Made by a program: the position numbers and the translations under genes | The notes under the pieces: generated by a model | The model's database searches: none | Seen by the model: only the letters and a program-made list of their open reading frames with translations | Told to the model about the DNA's origin: nothing | From: Sphyrna mokarran | Taxonomy: Eukaryota | Length of the DNA: 64,000 bases | Assembly (NCBI GenBank): GCA_024679065.1 | Contig: JAGIQG010000014.1 | Span: forward strand, 33,666,001 to 33,730,000 | Direction: 5' to 3' | Part shown: piece by piece, positions 37,201 through 49,866 of the stretch | Layout: each line of letters begins with the position of its first letter | Numbering within the stretch: the stretch's first letter is position 1

Positions 37201-40200
37201 TTAGTCAATGGTCAGGTGCGTTGATTCAGTTTTATTGCACTTATCACCTGTGTTTTCAGATACCAATACGCAAGAGGATTATTCAGTCAACGCAAGTGGT
37301 AAAACGACTCCAGTACCTGTGAGTAGGACAACTGAGAGTTTAAAACATGCTGACCCTCTATTGATTTAAGCGACAAGTCCATTAATAATAAGTCAACATG
37401 AGAACAGTTTTTCGATTTGTATGTTCGACAACGGGACATTGTTGTCACGCAGCTATCAGTTTTAATACCATTTTTAATTAAGCACGCCTAATTAATGCAG
37501 AGTTTATTTGTGCAGGTGAATAATACACCACATAGAGGGAGAAAAAATCTTGCTGAAATTTCGTAATTAGGCGGATAGAGACACAGAATAGAGGAAATGG
37601 TGACATTCCTCTGTGTGATATGAATTCCAGAGCCTCATGTTTAATAGGTAAATCAATAAACACTAGGGAGTATTCTAGTAAAGATATCAGTTAGACAGAA
37701 CAGTTTTATTTGAAAATATGTCACCGATTTTTTTTTGTGAGAGCTTTGATGGTTAATGTAAGTCAAAGTGAAGTGGTCTTTTCAAATGGCAAACACTTTT
37801 AAAAACGAAAATATGAATAGCTAGACACGTTATGTGCAATAACATGAGTTTAAACATGAGTGAGGGATTCCAACAGCATCTGATTGTGACTTTAGCCAGC
37901 AGGGCCATGAATTTTGGAACCACTGTTGAAATAGGGCTCAGAGATTCGCATGCGAGACATTGCAGTCTCAAACCCATTGATTTCAAGTGGTCAGTCACAA
38001 AATAAAAGCCTCTCATTTATCGAACGTACCTATTCTTTGGATGTTCCATTTATTGAGCCCAATGATGCTGAGATTTATCGTTACAAATTATTTGTGGCCA
38101 GGTTTTTTTGTCAACAATCTCAAAATGTTACGGTAGAATTTCAAAAGGTGTTCAAAAGAGATATTGGAATAGCCGTGGAGGTAGGTTGCAGTTTGATTTT
38201 AAACGCTGCTACTTAATTACTATAGAAATACCTGGCGCAGTTTATTTCACTCTACAAACCGCTGTATTCTTAAAACGTCACAGTATTTGTCACGTTCCAA
38301 CAAAAAATACACTTTTTGAAGGATTTTTGAAGGGTTTCCATTCATCGCATCTTCGACATTATATAGGTGACATGGAATTGGACTATGGATTTGCATTGAA
38401 ATATTTTTTGACTTTAACAAGGCTTTTTAATATTGCGCAGTAACACCTGTTATTGACTCTTCTAATACATCCCACATGTTGCAAGATACAACTGGTATCT
38501 TTGCATGCTTTTACATTTAATAACACAATTTTATAAATAATCAGTATGGGGAAGGTACTGATTTAACTTTATTAAAGAAATGTAAGTCTCGATTCTGAAT
38601 CTTTTTCATGTTACTTGTCCGATATTGCACAGAGGATCATTGCGCTCAATGCCGAGATGTCCAAGAAGTCAAAAGATTGGAGGGCAATTTATCAATTAAC
38701 AAAAATTTCACTTAGGCCCTCACATTGCCCGATGGATTGTCATTATAGTTACCACATTTCTTTAAGCAAGGTGTATATAAATATTTTGTGGCAATAGAAA
38801 TAATCTTAATTGATACTAACTGGTTTAATTATTGGACTCTCGTTTATCCTGTTATCGAGTATATATCAAACTAAATTGTTCTCATCACTTTGGGAAATGT
38901 TGGTTTTGACAGAGATTTGATAGTTTGAATGCAACCATTTAACGTTGCTTTAAAAATTCCATCTATACATATGAGACAAGAATATCGTTTCTTGTACGGG
39001 TGAAGAAAAACACCTTTCACCAAACTTAACATTTGATAAAATACTTTTCTAAAAACACACTCAGGGGTAATTTATTCTACAGTTGGACATGAATCGGGGA
39101 GAGATTTTCGTGACGTTTTGGACACATTCTCAGCACCCTTAGCAAATGGAAATCCAGTCACTCCGGTGTTGGCAGATGGGCCGAATTGTCCATTTGTGAT
39201 GGCTTTTTCTAAACCCTTCCTCTGTTCATCATTGCGAAGCCACTTCCCAGTCCGTCCGCTCAGTATGTTTTGACCTCATGACATTCAATTGAAAGAAAAG
39301 GGGAGTTTGGAATCCAACTGCTAGGGAGCAGGTTGAGGGCGCATTCACTATTTTAGCACAGCCACAGCGTGAAGCAGCCAACTCGGGTTCACACTGAGTT
39401 GCTCTTACAGTGCGTGAAAACTGCAGCCCAGATCTTGTAAGCAGGGCCCCGGGGGCAGGGGGTGGGGGAGTGAGCTATTCTCACTGGGCTGGCTTGGGGA
39501 TTCGGCTCCATTCCCCAGTATCCGATTTGTACTAGGATACTACAGTGCCAAGCCAAAGTCAACCAGTTTTACATTTATATTGTAATCGCTGAAGCGCTGT
39601 GCTATGGAATGTACCCGGCAAGATACTACTGGATGTTGGCGGGGTCAAGGTCGCATTCCCAGTACACCGGGACTCAGATTCCTAATCTGAAGATTTATTT
39701 TGCTAACGGCATTTCACAACCAAAAATAAAGCAAAAAAAGAACCCTTTTATATTGCACGTGTAATTATTACCGTGATTGTGTCAATCGATATTTATTCAT
39801 TGTCCTTTAGGTGCAGATTCATTTACAAGATTATGATTACGTGCAGACGAGAGCCAGAAAAGAAGTTTTAAAGGTCTGATTCACAAGTCATCCGGAGTAA
39901 AATGTGCAACAATAACCCAGCTTTCAACTTTTAACGTAATAAATGCCACGGCACTTTCAAAGCCAATTTCGATGTTAATCATCAGGGTTTATAGGTGGGT
40001 GCAGGTTAACGCTGCCACTTGCTAAATCCGAAGGGAGACGAGTTTGATTGAATACGAGCATTCAAAGGACAGTGTGAGCAACGCTGTGCCGGAGAGTGGG
40101 GCGAACGTATTACATCTCCGCTTTCGTTTGCAATTCGGACTGCTTTACAATTCGGCCTTTATTTCACTGTGATCATTTATCAAGACAGTTGTTGCAAACT

Positions 40201-41614
40201 AGTTTATTGTAACTGACACGGAACTCAGTTTCCTTATTTCTGTGCATACTCCAGAACCACAGAATAGCAGTGACGCTGTGATAAGTGGAGTTTCACTAAA
40301 ATGTGTGATGTATGGACTAAAATGCGTGTTCTGTCCTATGGGGAGCAACTGAGTGGTCTGAAGTTGCACAGGTTATTTTTGGAACTGCGTTTAACACTGT
40401 CAGTAACACACATCGTGCCCGGATTGCTGCACACATTTTTTGGAGTTAAGTAGAGCCGAAAAAGCGTCCTCTTGTGGTACAGCGCAGAGAGCGGTATGTC
40501 CATCCGGCACCGTTTGAATTTAGCAGACTCCCCCATTGAGAAGAGCTGGAGAATCCGTGTATTCTGTACTTGTAACGTACAGGCTGTCTGCCTTCCCGGA
40601 GTGTGGTCTCCTTCGCCGCTCTCTCTCTCTCTGTTGGGCACTTGGGAACACTTGAAGCAAACAGGATACCGCGCTGAAACATTGCAACTTTTATTTCTAA
40701 AACTGGAGCGAGCACTTTCTAGAAATATGACTGTCGGACACAGTGGTTCCCCGCGTACTCGGATGGGGCACAAATGTTATTTATTACAGCACCGGAGTAT
40801 CCTATATGGCAGTGTCAAGTACAGCCTTTGGATCTCATATTGTTCTGGATAGCTGAATCTATGTTACGCTGAATGTTAGACTGCAGTATATTTTTCAGAC
40901 TACCGGCGCCTTTTCAGAAATGGGGAGCAATACAGGAAGCGGAAGGTGGCGGAACATCAGGTTTGTCAAAGCCCAGTGTATTAGATTCAGTATAATTCCA
41001 ATGTGTCTCTTACTTGAGTACATTCCAAAGAATATTGGGTGCTGACTCCTCAATTGCTCTGCTGACTTCTCTACTTTAGCTCGAGAGTGATAGTATTAGA
41101 CAGCCTTTAGACTTGATGACTGCACTTGTACACATAATGGTTTATTTAATTATTCTAGTCACATCCATATGAATAGCTTTCTTTTATTTTGAAACAGATT
41201 TTTTCCGAGTTAAATTTAGCACTTCCCAAATTGTACTTTCGATTTTGAAGTTGTACTCTGTTACTGCAGGAAAAGTAGCACAATTCGAATGAACCTGATC
41301 GTAACCACTTTTGTTCAGCATTTAGTTTATTACAAACCACGTTATTAGGACTCGTGGTACTTTCGTAAACTGATAGAGATGCAAGCGGACAGATTTCAAC
41401 TGTCCTTCTTACAATTTCATTCAGCAGGGTGATTATTAACCTGCCTGCTTCCAGTAAAGTGCAATCACAGGAAGGTTTACATTCGCCTACTCAAGGGAAG
41501 GTTAAAGGAAAGGTTACACAATCATGGGTGATTTCGACGAGAGGTATAGATCATTACTCATGTAACTATACATTGTAAAATTAAAGTCAAGTTAGCATTT
41601 TTTAACTTTAACGC

Positions 41615-42240
41615 GACAAGAAATTGGACTGGACAAGCCAAATAAATACTATGCAAGAGCAAGTTAGAAGCTAGGAATTCTGCAGCGAGTAACTTATCTC
41701 CTGACTCTCCAAAGCCCGTTCCACCATCTATAAGGCACACGTTAAGAGATGGAATACTCTCCCTTTTCCTGGATGAGTGTAGCTCTAACAATGCAAGAAG
41801 CTTGGTACCTTCCAGGACAAAGCAGTTCACTTGATTGCTACCCCATCCACAAACATTCAATCCCTCTACCCACCAACATACAGTGGCAACAAGTATGTAC
41901 CAGGATGTATTGCAGGAACTCACCAAGTAGGTAGCATCTTCCAAACTCACAATCTCTACCAGGGAGAAGGACAAGAGCAGCAGAAACATGGAAACTCCAT
42001 CGCCTGGAAGTTCCCCTCCAGATCACCGTCCTGAATTGGAAATATATCGCCATTCCTTCATTGTCACTGGGTCAAAATCCTGGAACTCTCTTCTGAACAG
42101 AACTGCCAGTACACCTACACCACAAGGACTGCAGTGGTTCAGGAAGGCAGCCTACCACCTTCTTAAGGGCAATTATGGATGGACAATAAGTGCTGGCCTC
42201 ACCAGCAATGTCCACATCCTATAAAAATAATAAAAAAAAC
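41615..42240 (+). mobile_element. LINE family B, 3' fragment (CR1/L2-group non-LTR element)
   Basis: Decayed W..IN..RA..LGIL.R..STIYKA..MEYSP..W ORF2 C-terminus, then a 3' end ending GGGCAATTATGGATGGACAATAAGTGCTGG..CCACATCC and an A-rich tail. Confidence 0.85.
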
Positions 42241-43154
42241 CCTTGTTCTGTGAAGGTTTGGACTCCTGACTGAGATACAATGCCCAGATACCAATCACCC
42301 TTAAGCACATTGCCGGCAGTCACTTTTCACTCAGTGCTTCATTAGAATGCGAAATATTCAATGATGGAGATCATCATAGTTGAGCAAAGTATTCCTCAAA
42401 TCTGATTCCTCCACAGTTAAGTAGTGAATGTCTTTCACTTTCTGGTAGTAACACAGGAAATAGAAATTTGAAATCAGGAACCCAAATGATCTTCTCCTAG
42501 ATATTTCTGGGTTACAAAGCTCAACTGTAAAACTTCAACCTTTACTCCAAAAAGAATCCATTCACTTAGCTGGTGCTGGCTGCTCTGCTCCATAAGGTTA
42601 ACTCTCAGATTGGATGACTCCCTTATTCTTGGTATAATTGAGGATAAAGAAACATTTTACTTTCTTTTTAAAAGCATTAAAAATATACACTGTCACCTCT
42701 CCAGTTTGGAAATTTATTGTTTAGAAAAGCCAATTGTCCAGAAATAATTCATCAATAATATTTTAATACAGTAGAATCATTGCATATACAATATTAGAAT
42801 TGGTAAAATTTTTATTACTCCTTTATATTTTGGCACTTTCATATTTAAGGTAAATATTTCTATGTACAATAGCAGTGTAACGGGAAACTATGAGATGTGG
42901 AAACTCTAGAAATTGTGTTGGTCATGTTGGTCATATTATTTTTAAATCTACTGTTACATTGTCTTCAACTTTGGCCTGAATTTTTAGGATGACAGTTTTC
43001 GGAACACATTCATGTGGAAACCAATTGCCCCCCCAAACATGAGGAAGAAAGAAGCTGAGGATTATCGTGATTGTGTGATCAAGAAGTGTGAGAGGAGGCT
43101 TGTGTGGAACATAAATATCAACATAGGTGAAATGCCTTTGTAAAAGGGGTGCCA

Positions 43155-43665
43155 AAATTCTCTCTCTCTCCAATTCCATACTCTCTCTCCTCACAACAAC
43201 TCACTCTTCACCCAACACATGCTATGTTCTTGACAATGTTGTCTGTTCCCCAATCATTCTATCCCCTCCACATGCTCTGTCCCTCCCCTGCTCACACTTA
43301 CTCTGCCAATCACTCACACTTGCTCTCCACCACACTGTATCTCTCCCCGACACTCTCTCTGCCACCAACTAACACTGACTCTCTGCCAGTCACTCACACT
43401 CACTATCACACTTCCTCTTTTCTCCCTCACCAGTCACACCCTCGCTTTTATTATCCTTCCCAAACCCCCTTACACTCTTTCTTCCTTGCCTTTCCACACT
43501 GTCTAACAAACTCTCACTCCAACATCCTCCCAAATTCTCTCTCCCACACTTTCCCACACTCTTACCTCTTTCGTCTTACTCTCTCTCCCCATCCCCTCCC
43601 AAACTTTCCAGCACCCTTCCGTAATCGCCTCCAAACCCCTCTCACACAATCTCCAGTCACTGTTG
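43155..43665. repeat. C/T-rich, G-poor low-complexity tract
   Basis: Long CTCTC/CACAC mosaics with very few Gs on the + strand. Confidence 0.8.
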
Positions 43666-43684
43666 AATTCATACACCAGTGACC

Positions 43685-44020
43685 TCCACTGCTGTAGCTG
43701 CCTTTCCTGGGCCCCACACCGGCTCTCCAGCTACCTCCCTTTGACCTCAACACTGCCTCTCTCCAGCTGCCTCACCTGGGCCCCACACTACTACTCCAGT
43801 TACTTCATTTGGGTCCCACACTGTCACTCCAACTGCCTTCCTAGGCCCCACACTGTCTCACAGCTGTCTTATGTGGGCCCCACATTGCCTCTCCAATTTC
43901 CTAGTCTGAGCCTCACATTGCTTCTCCAGTTAGCTCACCTGGGTCCCTCACCACCTCTCCAGTGGCCTCACCTGGGCTCCACACTGTCATTCCAGCTGCC
44001 TTGCACTCCAGGCCCTGGGA
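43685..44020. repeat. Minisatellite, about 10 units of 32-33 bp
   Basis: Consensus approximately CACACTGCCTCTCCAGCTGCCTCACCTGGGCCC, in tandem with no spacers. Confidence 0.85.
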
Positions 44021-45097
44021 TTTACCTTCAAAAATTACCTTCCCACTTTTTGCCGCTTGATCAATCGCAAGCTAGTTTCTCTCCGACTTGCTGCCAATAT
44101 GCTCACTAGTGCAGGGGTGAACTGGCTGGGATTGGATCTGAGCAGCTTCACAGCATTTTCCAAATATCAGTCATCAGTCATCAAACATTCAGGTTTGGCA
44201 GGCCACATTGAGTTTACAAATCCGCTTGAAATTGAAAGTGTTGGAATGGTATTCCAGTGCACTTTGGCAGCACCACACCACTGATCTACAATATTTTCTG
44301 ATTCACACGTTTGTGTTTGGAATTCTAATGTCCCTCTATAACTCAGAGATTTCCAAAATCAAAAAAATGACTTGCTGCCAAGCATTCTGAACAGGAGAGG
44401 TTACGATGCAGTTATGTATTTCTTTTCAGCCTTTCACCTCTTTTCACTTTTTTGCTTTCCTCTTAATTCTCGGAGTTTAAAATGCAACAGAAACTCAGTT
44501 AGCCTGTGTTTGTTTCAGCTCTGTATTAGGGCAACCCAAAATTAATCTGACTACCTCTGCAGTCTCCCTATAACCCTGTACATTTTTGATAAGTACTTAC
44601 CCAATTTTTCCCTTAAAAGATACAGTGGTTTCTACCTCAGCCATTTCCTATTGTAAAGAGCTCCAATCATAAAATAGACTCTTTGTGAAGAAGTTTAGTG
44701 GGGCCTCAAATTGATCTCCTTGTCTTTGACTAAACAATTGGAAGAAGTGATCTTTTCTGATTGAGTTCTTCAAAACCCTTCATCGTATTAAAATTCTCTT
44801 AAATGTTCTCAGCTTTATCTACGTAAATGTAAATAGTCCTACTGTCAATAACTTAATTTTTCCATTCCTGCTATCAACCTACCAAAACCAAATTGATACC
44901 TTTTGGTTTTCCTGTCCTTTTTCTAGTGAAGCTATTGAAACTGCACACAGTTTTCAGAAATTGTGGTCTGATCAATGTTTTGGACAGTGTTTTCTTTATT
45001 TTTCAATTTTGCATTCCTATTCGTAGATTTCCTAATATTGTTTTTAATAATATTATCTATCTGCACCTACATTTTTTGGAAAAGGTATATTGTAGAG

Positions 45098-45468
45098 GAA
45101 GTGGTGGCAGAGTGGTAACATCACTAGGCCAGTGATCCAGAGAAAGAGAACACATGCTTAAATCCCAGCATGGCAGCTGTTAAAGTTTAAATTCAGTTAA
45201 GATTGGAATTGGAAGTCATAGTAATGGTGATCATGAAAATATCATCAATTGTTGTCAAAAGCATACGGTTCACTCATGTCCTTCAGGGAAGAAAATCTAC
45301 AATCCTTATTTGGATGTCCTACATGTGACTCCAGACCCACAACAATGTGGTTGACTGGTAAAAGCACTTTGAAATCGCCCAGTAAACCATTCAGTGCAAG
45401 GATAATTAAGGATGGATTACAAATGCAGGCCTTGCCAGCTACACTCACATTTCATAAAATAATAAAGG
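45098..45468 (+). mobile_element. tRNA-derived SINE family B
   Basis: GTGGCAGAGTGGTAAC..GATCCAGAG head, GGTTCACTCATGTCCTTCAGGGAAG body, LINE-B-type tail. Confidence 0.85.
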
Positions 45469-45564
45469 AAGAATCTCCAGGTCTGCTTTTTCATCTCTGT
45501 GGTTAAGAAAATTTAGCAATGTGCCCTTCCCTTTTTTCTGCCAAAATAGATTATTTCATACAAA

Positions 45565-45892
45565 TGGCGGTATAGTGGCACAGTGTTTAGCACTGTTGCC
45601 TCACAGCGCCAGAGACCCAGGTTCAATTCCTGGCTTGGGTTATTATCTATGTGGAGTTTCCATGTTCTCTTCGTGTCAAACTGGGTTTCCTCTGGGTGTT
45701 CTGGTTTCCTCCCACACTCCAATGATGTGTGAGTTAAGTGGATTAGCCATAGTAAATTGTCCATTAGTGTTAGGGGGATTAGCAGGGTAAATATATGGGG
45801 TTTTAGGGAAAAGGCCTTGGTGGGATCATTGTTAGTGCAGACTCGATGGAATGAATGGCCTCCTTCTACACTGTAGAGATCCTATGATTCTA
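45565..45892 (+). mobile_element. HE1-type SINE, full length
   Basis: Head, V-domain and tail as in the 2270 copy. Confidence 0.9.
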
Positions 45893-46283
45893 ATACATGT
45901 GAAGTTGGATTTTCCAGCTGTCTGCTTATCCCTTTAGTCAGTTTGAATTTTGTGCAATTTTCCTAACTGCTTGTAAATATCTTAACTTTGTGATATCAGC
46001 AAATTTTGAGTCAGGTCACCTATATCCATGGCCAAATCATCTTGACCTATCCACTGAAGACAAACTGTGAACTCAACATTGACTTCATTATATGCATCAC
46101 TTCTAATTCTTGTCTAATTCAAGTAACACTCATTTATCAACCAATTTTATGTCAACACTATTACTTTCTTCATATGATCTACTTTAACTTTACTAAAAAG
46201 CATCTTGTGAAACACTTCACTGAATGCCTTTAGAAAATAAATTCCCTTCAGAAAACTCTATCAAACTGGTCAAGGCAACTTCT

Positions 46284-46625
46284 TTTATTCATTCATGGGA
46301 CATGGGCATTCTGGCTAACCAGCAATTATTGCACAACTCTAGCTGCTCTTGGAGACAGTTGAGAGTCAACCATATTGCTGTGCCTCTGGAGTCGCATTTG
46401 AGCCAAGCCAAGTAAAGATTGAAAATTTTCTTCTCTAAAACCATTTGTGAGCCAGATTGATTTTTTCCGACAATTGACAATGGTTTCACAGTCTTCAGTA
46501 GATTCTTAATTACAGATATTCTTTATTGTATTCAAATTCCACTATCTGCCCTGTCGGGATTCGAACCAGATCCCCAGAACATTAGCTGAGTTTTTTGGAT
46601 TAATTGTCTAAACTAAAACCACTGC
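46284..46625 (-). mobile_element. tRNA-derived SINE family B
   Basis: Reverse-strand match to the 20935 copy, including B-box GGTTCGAATCCC. Confidence 0.85.
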
Positions 46626-47904
46626 CTCACCTTGTTTTTAATAGAACAATGCCAGCTGTCCTTGATTAATGTATACATTTCTAAATGCTCACTATTTGAC
46701 CACAACTGTCATTTGGTTAACTGATCAATAATTACTGCGTTAATAACTGCATTAACAGAACCAGAATGGAGAAACTGAATATTTTCATTGTACAGTACCA
46801 ATTTAAAATATACATGCTGGAATTTAAATTAGTTCATTGCTAGCTCATCTCCTCAGTCTGTTAGAGACAGTTTAAAATTGACATCCTTGTCATTGCTCAT
46901 CCAACCAGAAGACACAATCTTTCCATGTAGTGATTTTATTGGTCATTAAAAACTATACTGCAAGGGAAATTTCAAATTTTATGTTTTCTCATTTACCAGT
47001 ATAACTACGGCACAATATTTCAGTTTCATCAATAATGATTTGCTTCAGGATAAAGTCCATGGGTAGGAATCTTTCACACTCTATAGCAGCACATTAATGT
47101 AGCACGATGCAGATAATGGAACAATGTGCAATTGATACATCACAAAAAGGGGAATGTTAAGCTTTAATGGTCCATCTCTATAAAATACATTTGCTTTACT
47201 CTGCAAAGTGTTTTTTGATACACCATTTAAATGAGGTGCTAGGATAAACACAGTAATGAAACTATGCTTTGAATTTTCCTTTACATTACTCCTAAGAGAA
47301 CTTAAAAAAATACATGGAATGAATTTTTTGTAAACCCAAAAACTATATTTATAATTTAACAAAACATTGTGCATATAGGAATCTCTGCCTTCATTTGTTT
47401 CTTGTCTAACTCAATTTCAGTTGACTACTTTGCTATAGGCTTTAATTTCTGTCCTTTCAAAGACAACTGCTGTGACACAGCGTTAATTGTTAACAACATC
47501 ATGCAGACAGAAAAATTGGAAAATGGTATATTTAAAAATCTGTTAATTTATATAAAGAACAGTGGATATATGGGCAGGACTAAGAAGATTAATTCAGTTG
47601 CTGAAAAACACATTTCCATCTTGCACAGTTGCAAGAATACCAATGTCAGAGGAACAATAATTTTACACTGAATGAGAAGAGGATGGCAATTGGTTAGTAA
47701 ATGGATTCTGATGGAAACATTGCTGTGGAGAATACACCAGTTGATGGTGTCTGACAGTTAACTACCTAGCATTGTTTGAAATTTAAACAAAGCAGCTTAA
47801 CTTTGGTCAAGGCATTGTCCTGTGGAATGAACTAGTGAATGGCTATCAATTTATTTTGTTTAGCTGGAACAGACATAGTGTATATACATAAGAATAGAAG
47901 CAAA

Positions 47905-48023
47905 ATAATGGAAATCTGAAATAAAAACAGAAAATCCTGAAAAGGCTCAGCTTGTCTGGCAGCATCTGTGGAGAGAGAAAAACAGAGTGAATATTTTGAG
48001 TTTGTATGACTCTTCTTCAGAGC
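47905..48023 (-). mobile_element. Penelope-type terminal repeat with decayed hammerhead
   Basis: Reverse strand CTCTGAAGAAGAGTCATACAAACTCAAAATATTCACTCTG..TCTCTCCACAGATGCTGCCAGAC. Related to the 24287 insert. Confidence 0.65.
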
Positions 48024-48037
48024 AATAATCATATCAA

Positions 48038-48160
48038 CAAGATTTTACGGCCTCAACCAACCTGAGACTTGAAAATCCTGCCCAAGGTTCATGGACATTT
48101 CTATTGTCTGCCCCTTGCCCACTCTGATACCATGGCAGACGTGGTGGCAGAATTCTAGTG
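48038..48160. mobile_element. Short MITE (Harbinger-like TIR family), opposite orientation
   Basis: AAGATTTTACGG...GAAAATCCTGCCC...GCAGAATTCTAG mirrors the 49740 and 6198 copies. Confidence 0.55.
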
Positions 48161-49739
48161 TACAAGTTCTTTGTGTCTGCTCTGTCCAAACTTTGTAACA
48201 ATAACTTTGTCGAATTACTTACAATATACGTAAGGGCTGAATGGCCTACCCTTGCTTCTATTTCCTATTTACATTTCTATGTATGTTCATGTTTAGTTAC
48301 CACTACATAAATGTATAGAACTGATCAATCCATAAGTCTCTAAGGCTTAGTGGTATTAATATATGTGATATTAATATCCTGCACATGAAAATAGACTGCA
48401 CTATAAGGTCGATGGACAATCTTTAATTGATTGTAAGCATAATTTTTTGCACTCTGTGGATTATTTAGTAAACATTGTCCAATTGCAGAATTACATCTAA
48501 GTTGGACACTCAGGTTTATGTTTTGCAAACCTGGACTGTTTGGGTACAGTCTGTACTTTGCCCATTGTGAACAGTGGAAGGAACATGTATTACATGGAAC
48601 AACATGGCTCTCATGTGAGCAATTCTGGCAGGGCTTGGTGATGGTGAGTGGGTAGAAGATGGGAGTAGACAAGGCAGAGTGGATGGAAAACACTGGAGCA
48701 AGGAAGATCTTGGAGGGGTGGGGGTACTCTGATGGGTTTCCAAACATGGGCAACCGCTGGCTCAGCCACTAGATTGCCAGCTTTTTCCTACTGACCTGGA
48801 CAATTAGCCTCACCTGTTGCACAAAATATTTCAGTAGCAGAAGGAGTAAGGTCTTAATTGCCATGAATTTGGTGCTCATTGGCCTTAGTCGGCTCATTGG
48901 CGTATGAGCTGATAAATTTCACTCCACATGGGATAAAATACTAACAAGGATGGGCAAATGATGGATATGGTGCACTTGGTGACCCACATTAGCTGTTCCC
49001 TCCTGATCTCTATATTTTTCTCCAGCCCCACTACCTTCAAGACATCTACAGTCACCTAATTCTGTTGTCTTGAGCGTTATCAATTTTATACGTTTTACCA
49101 TTGATCGCTGTGCCTTTAACTACCTTAACATATGGAATTACCCCCCTAAATCTCCACCTCTTTAACCAAATGTGGTAATGATACTTTATAAGGTTCTTGT
49201 TGAGTGTCTTAGGATGTCTTCATACATTAACCTTGCTATGCAAATTCAAACTGCTATCGTTTTAGCATTCCACTTCCATAATTGTTATTTCTTTTTGCCC
49301 ATATCTTTCATTAACATTTTATAATTCAATCACTAATTTCTGCAATATCTAACAGTAACATATTATGATATCACTAGAGAATAAGATCGACTATGAAATC
49401 ATTCTGCAAGTTCCATTCTAGAAGTGCACAGATATGGTGGAATACTCTAAAGATAACATCACAAGTGACTTTGATAGACAAGACATTAGACAACAAAGGG
49501 AATAGACAATATTATGAATTTCAGTCCTCAGCTCCCATTTACATTTACCTTTACACATTCTTTAGGTTCCATCATCAACACACCTGAGTGACAATGGAGC
49601 ATTCAGATCTGATGAGAGAGATTGGATTTTTTTTCTGATGTGTCAAGTGTCGGAGAGATTTGAATGAGTACAGAATTCAGATTTGACCCAATGTGGGCAG
49701 ATTTCATTTTAATTTATCCTAAACCATTTTAGAAAATAT

Positions 49740-49866
49740 GGCTGGAATTTTACCACCCACCCTCCATGGGAATTGGAGGAGGGTGAAGGATGGACCGTGG
49801 GAAGAACAGTTAACCTCAGGTCGGATTTTACGGTTTCAAGATGAGTGAAGTTGTAAAATCCTATCC
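49740..49866. mobile_element. Short MITE (Harbinger-like TIR family)
   Basis: GGCTGGAATTTTAC...GTAAAATCCTATCC with internal GGATTTTACGG. Confidence 0.65.

Noticed and set aside
39781-39800. Acceptor-like TGTCCTTTAG|GTG
   Set aside because: No recognisable open exon or partner exons. More likely non-coding regulatory sequence.
40336-40852. Overlapping 145-aa and 126-aa ORFs on opposite strands
   Set aside because: No homology recognised. The lack of stops is explained by local GC/CpG richness.
43149-44109. 177-aa and 148-aa ORFs; repeat array superficially like CRISPR
   Set aside because: Low-complexity and minisatellite translations. The units are tandem without unique spacers, there are no cas genes, and the context is eukaryotic.
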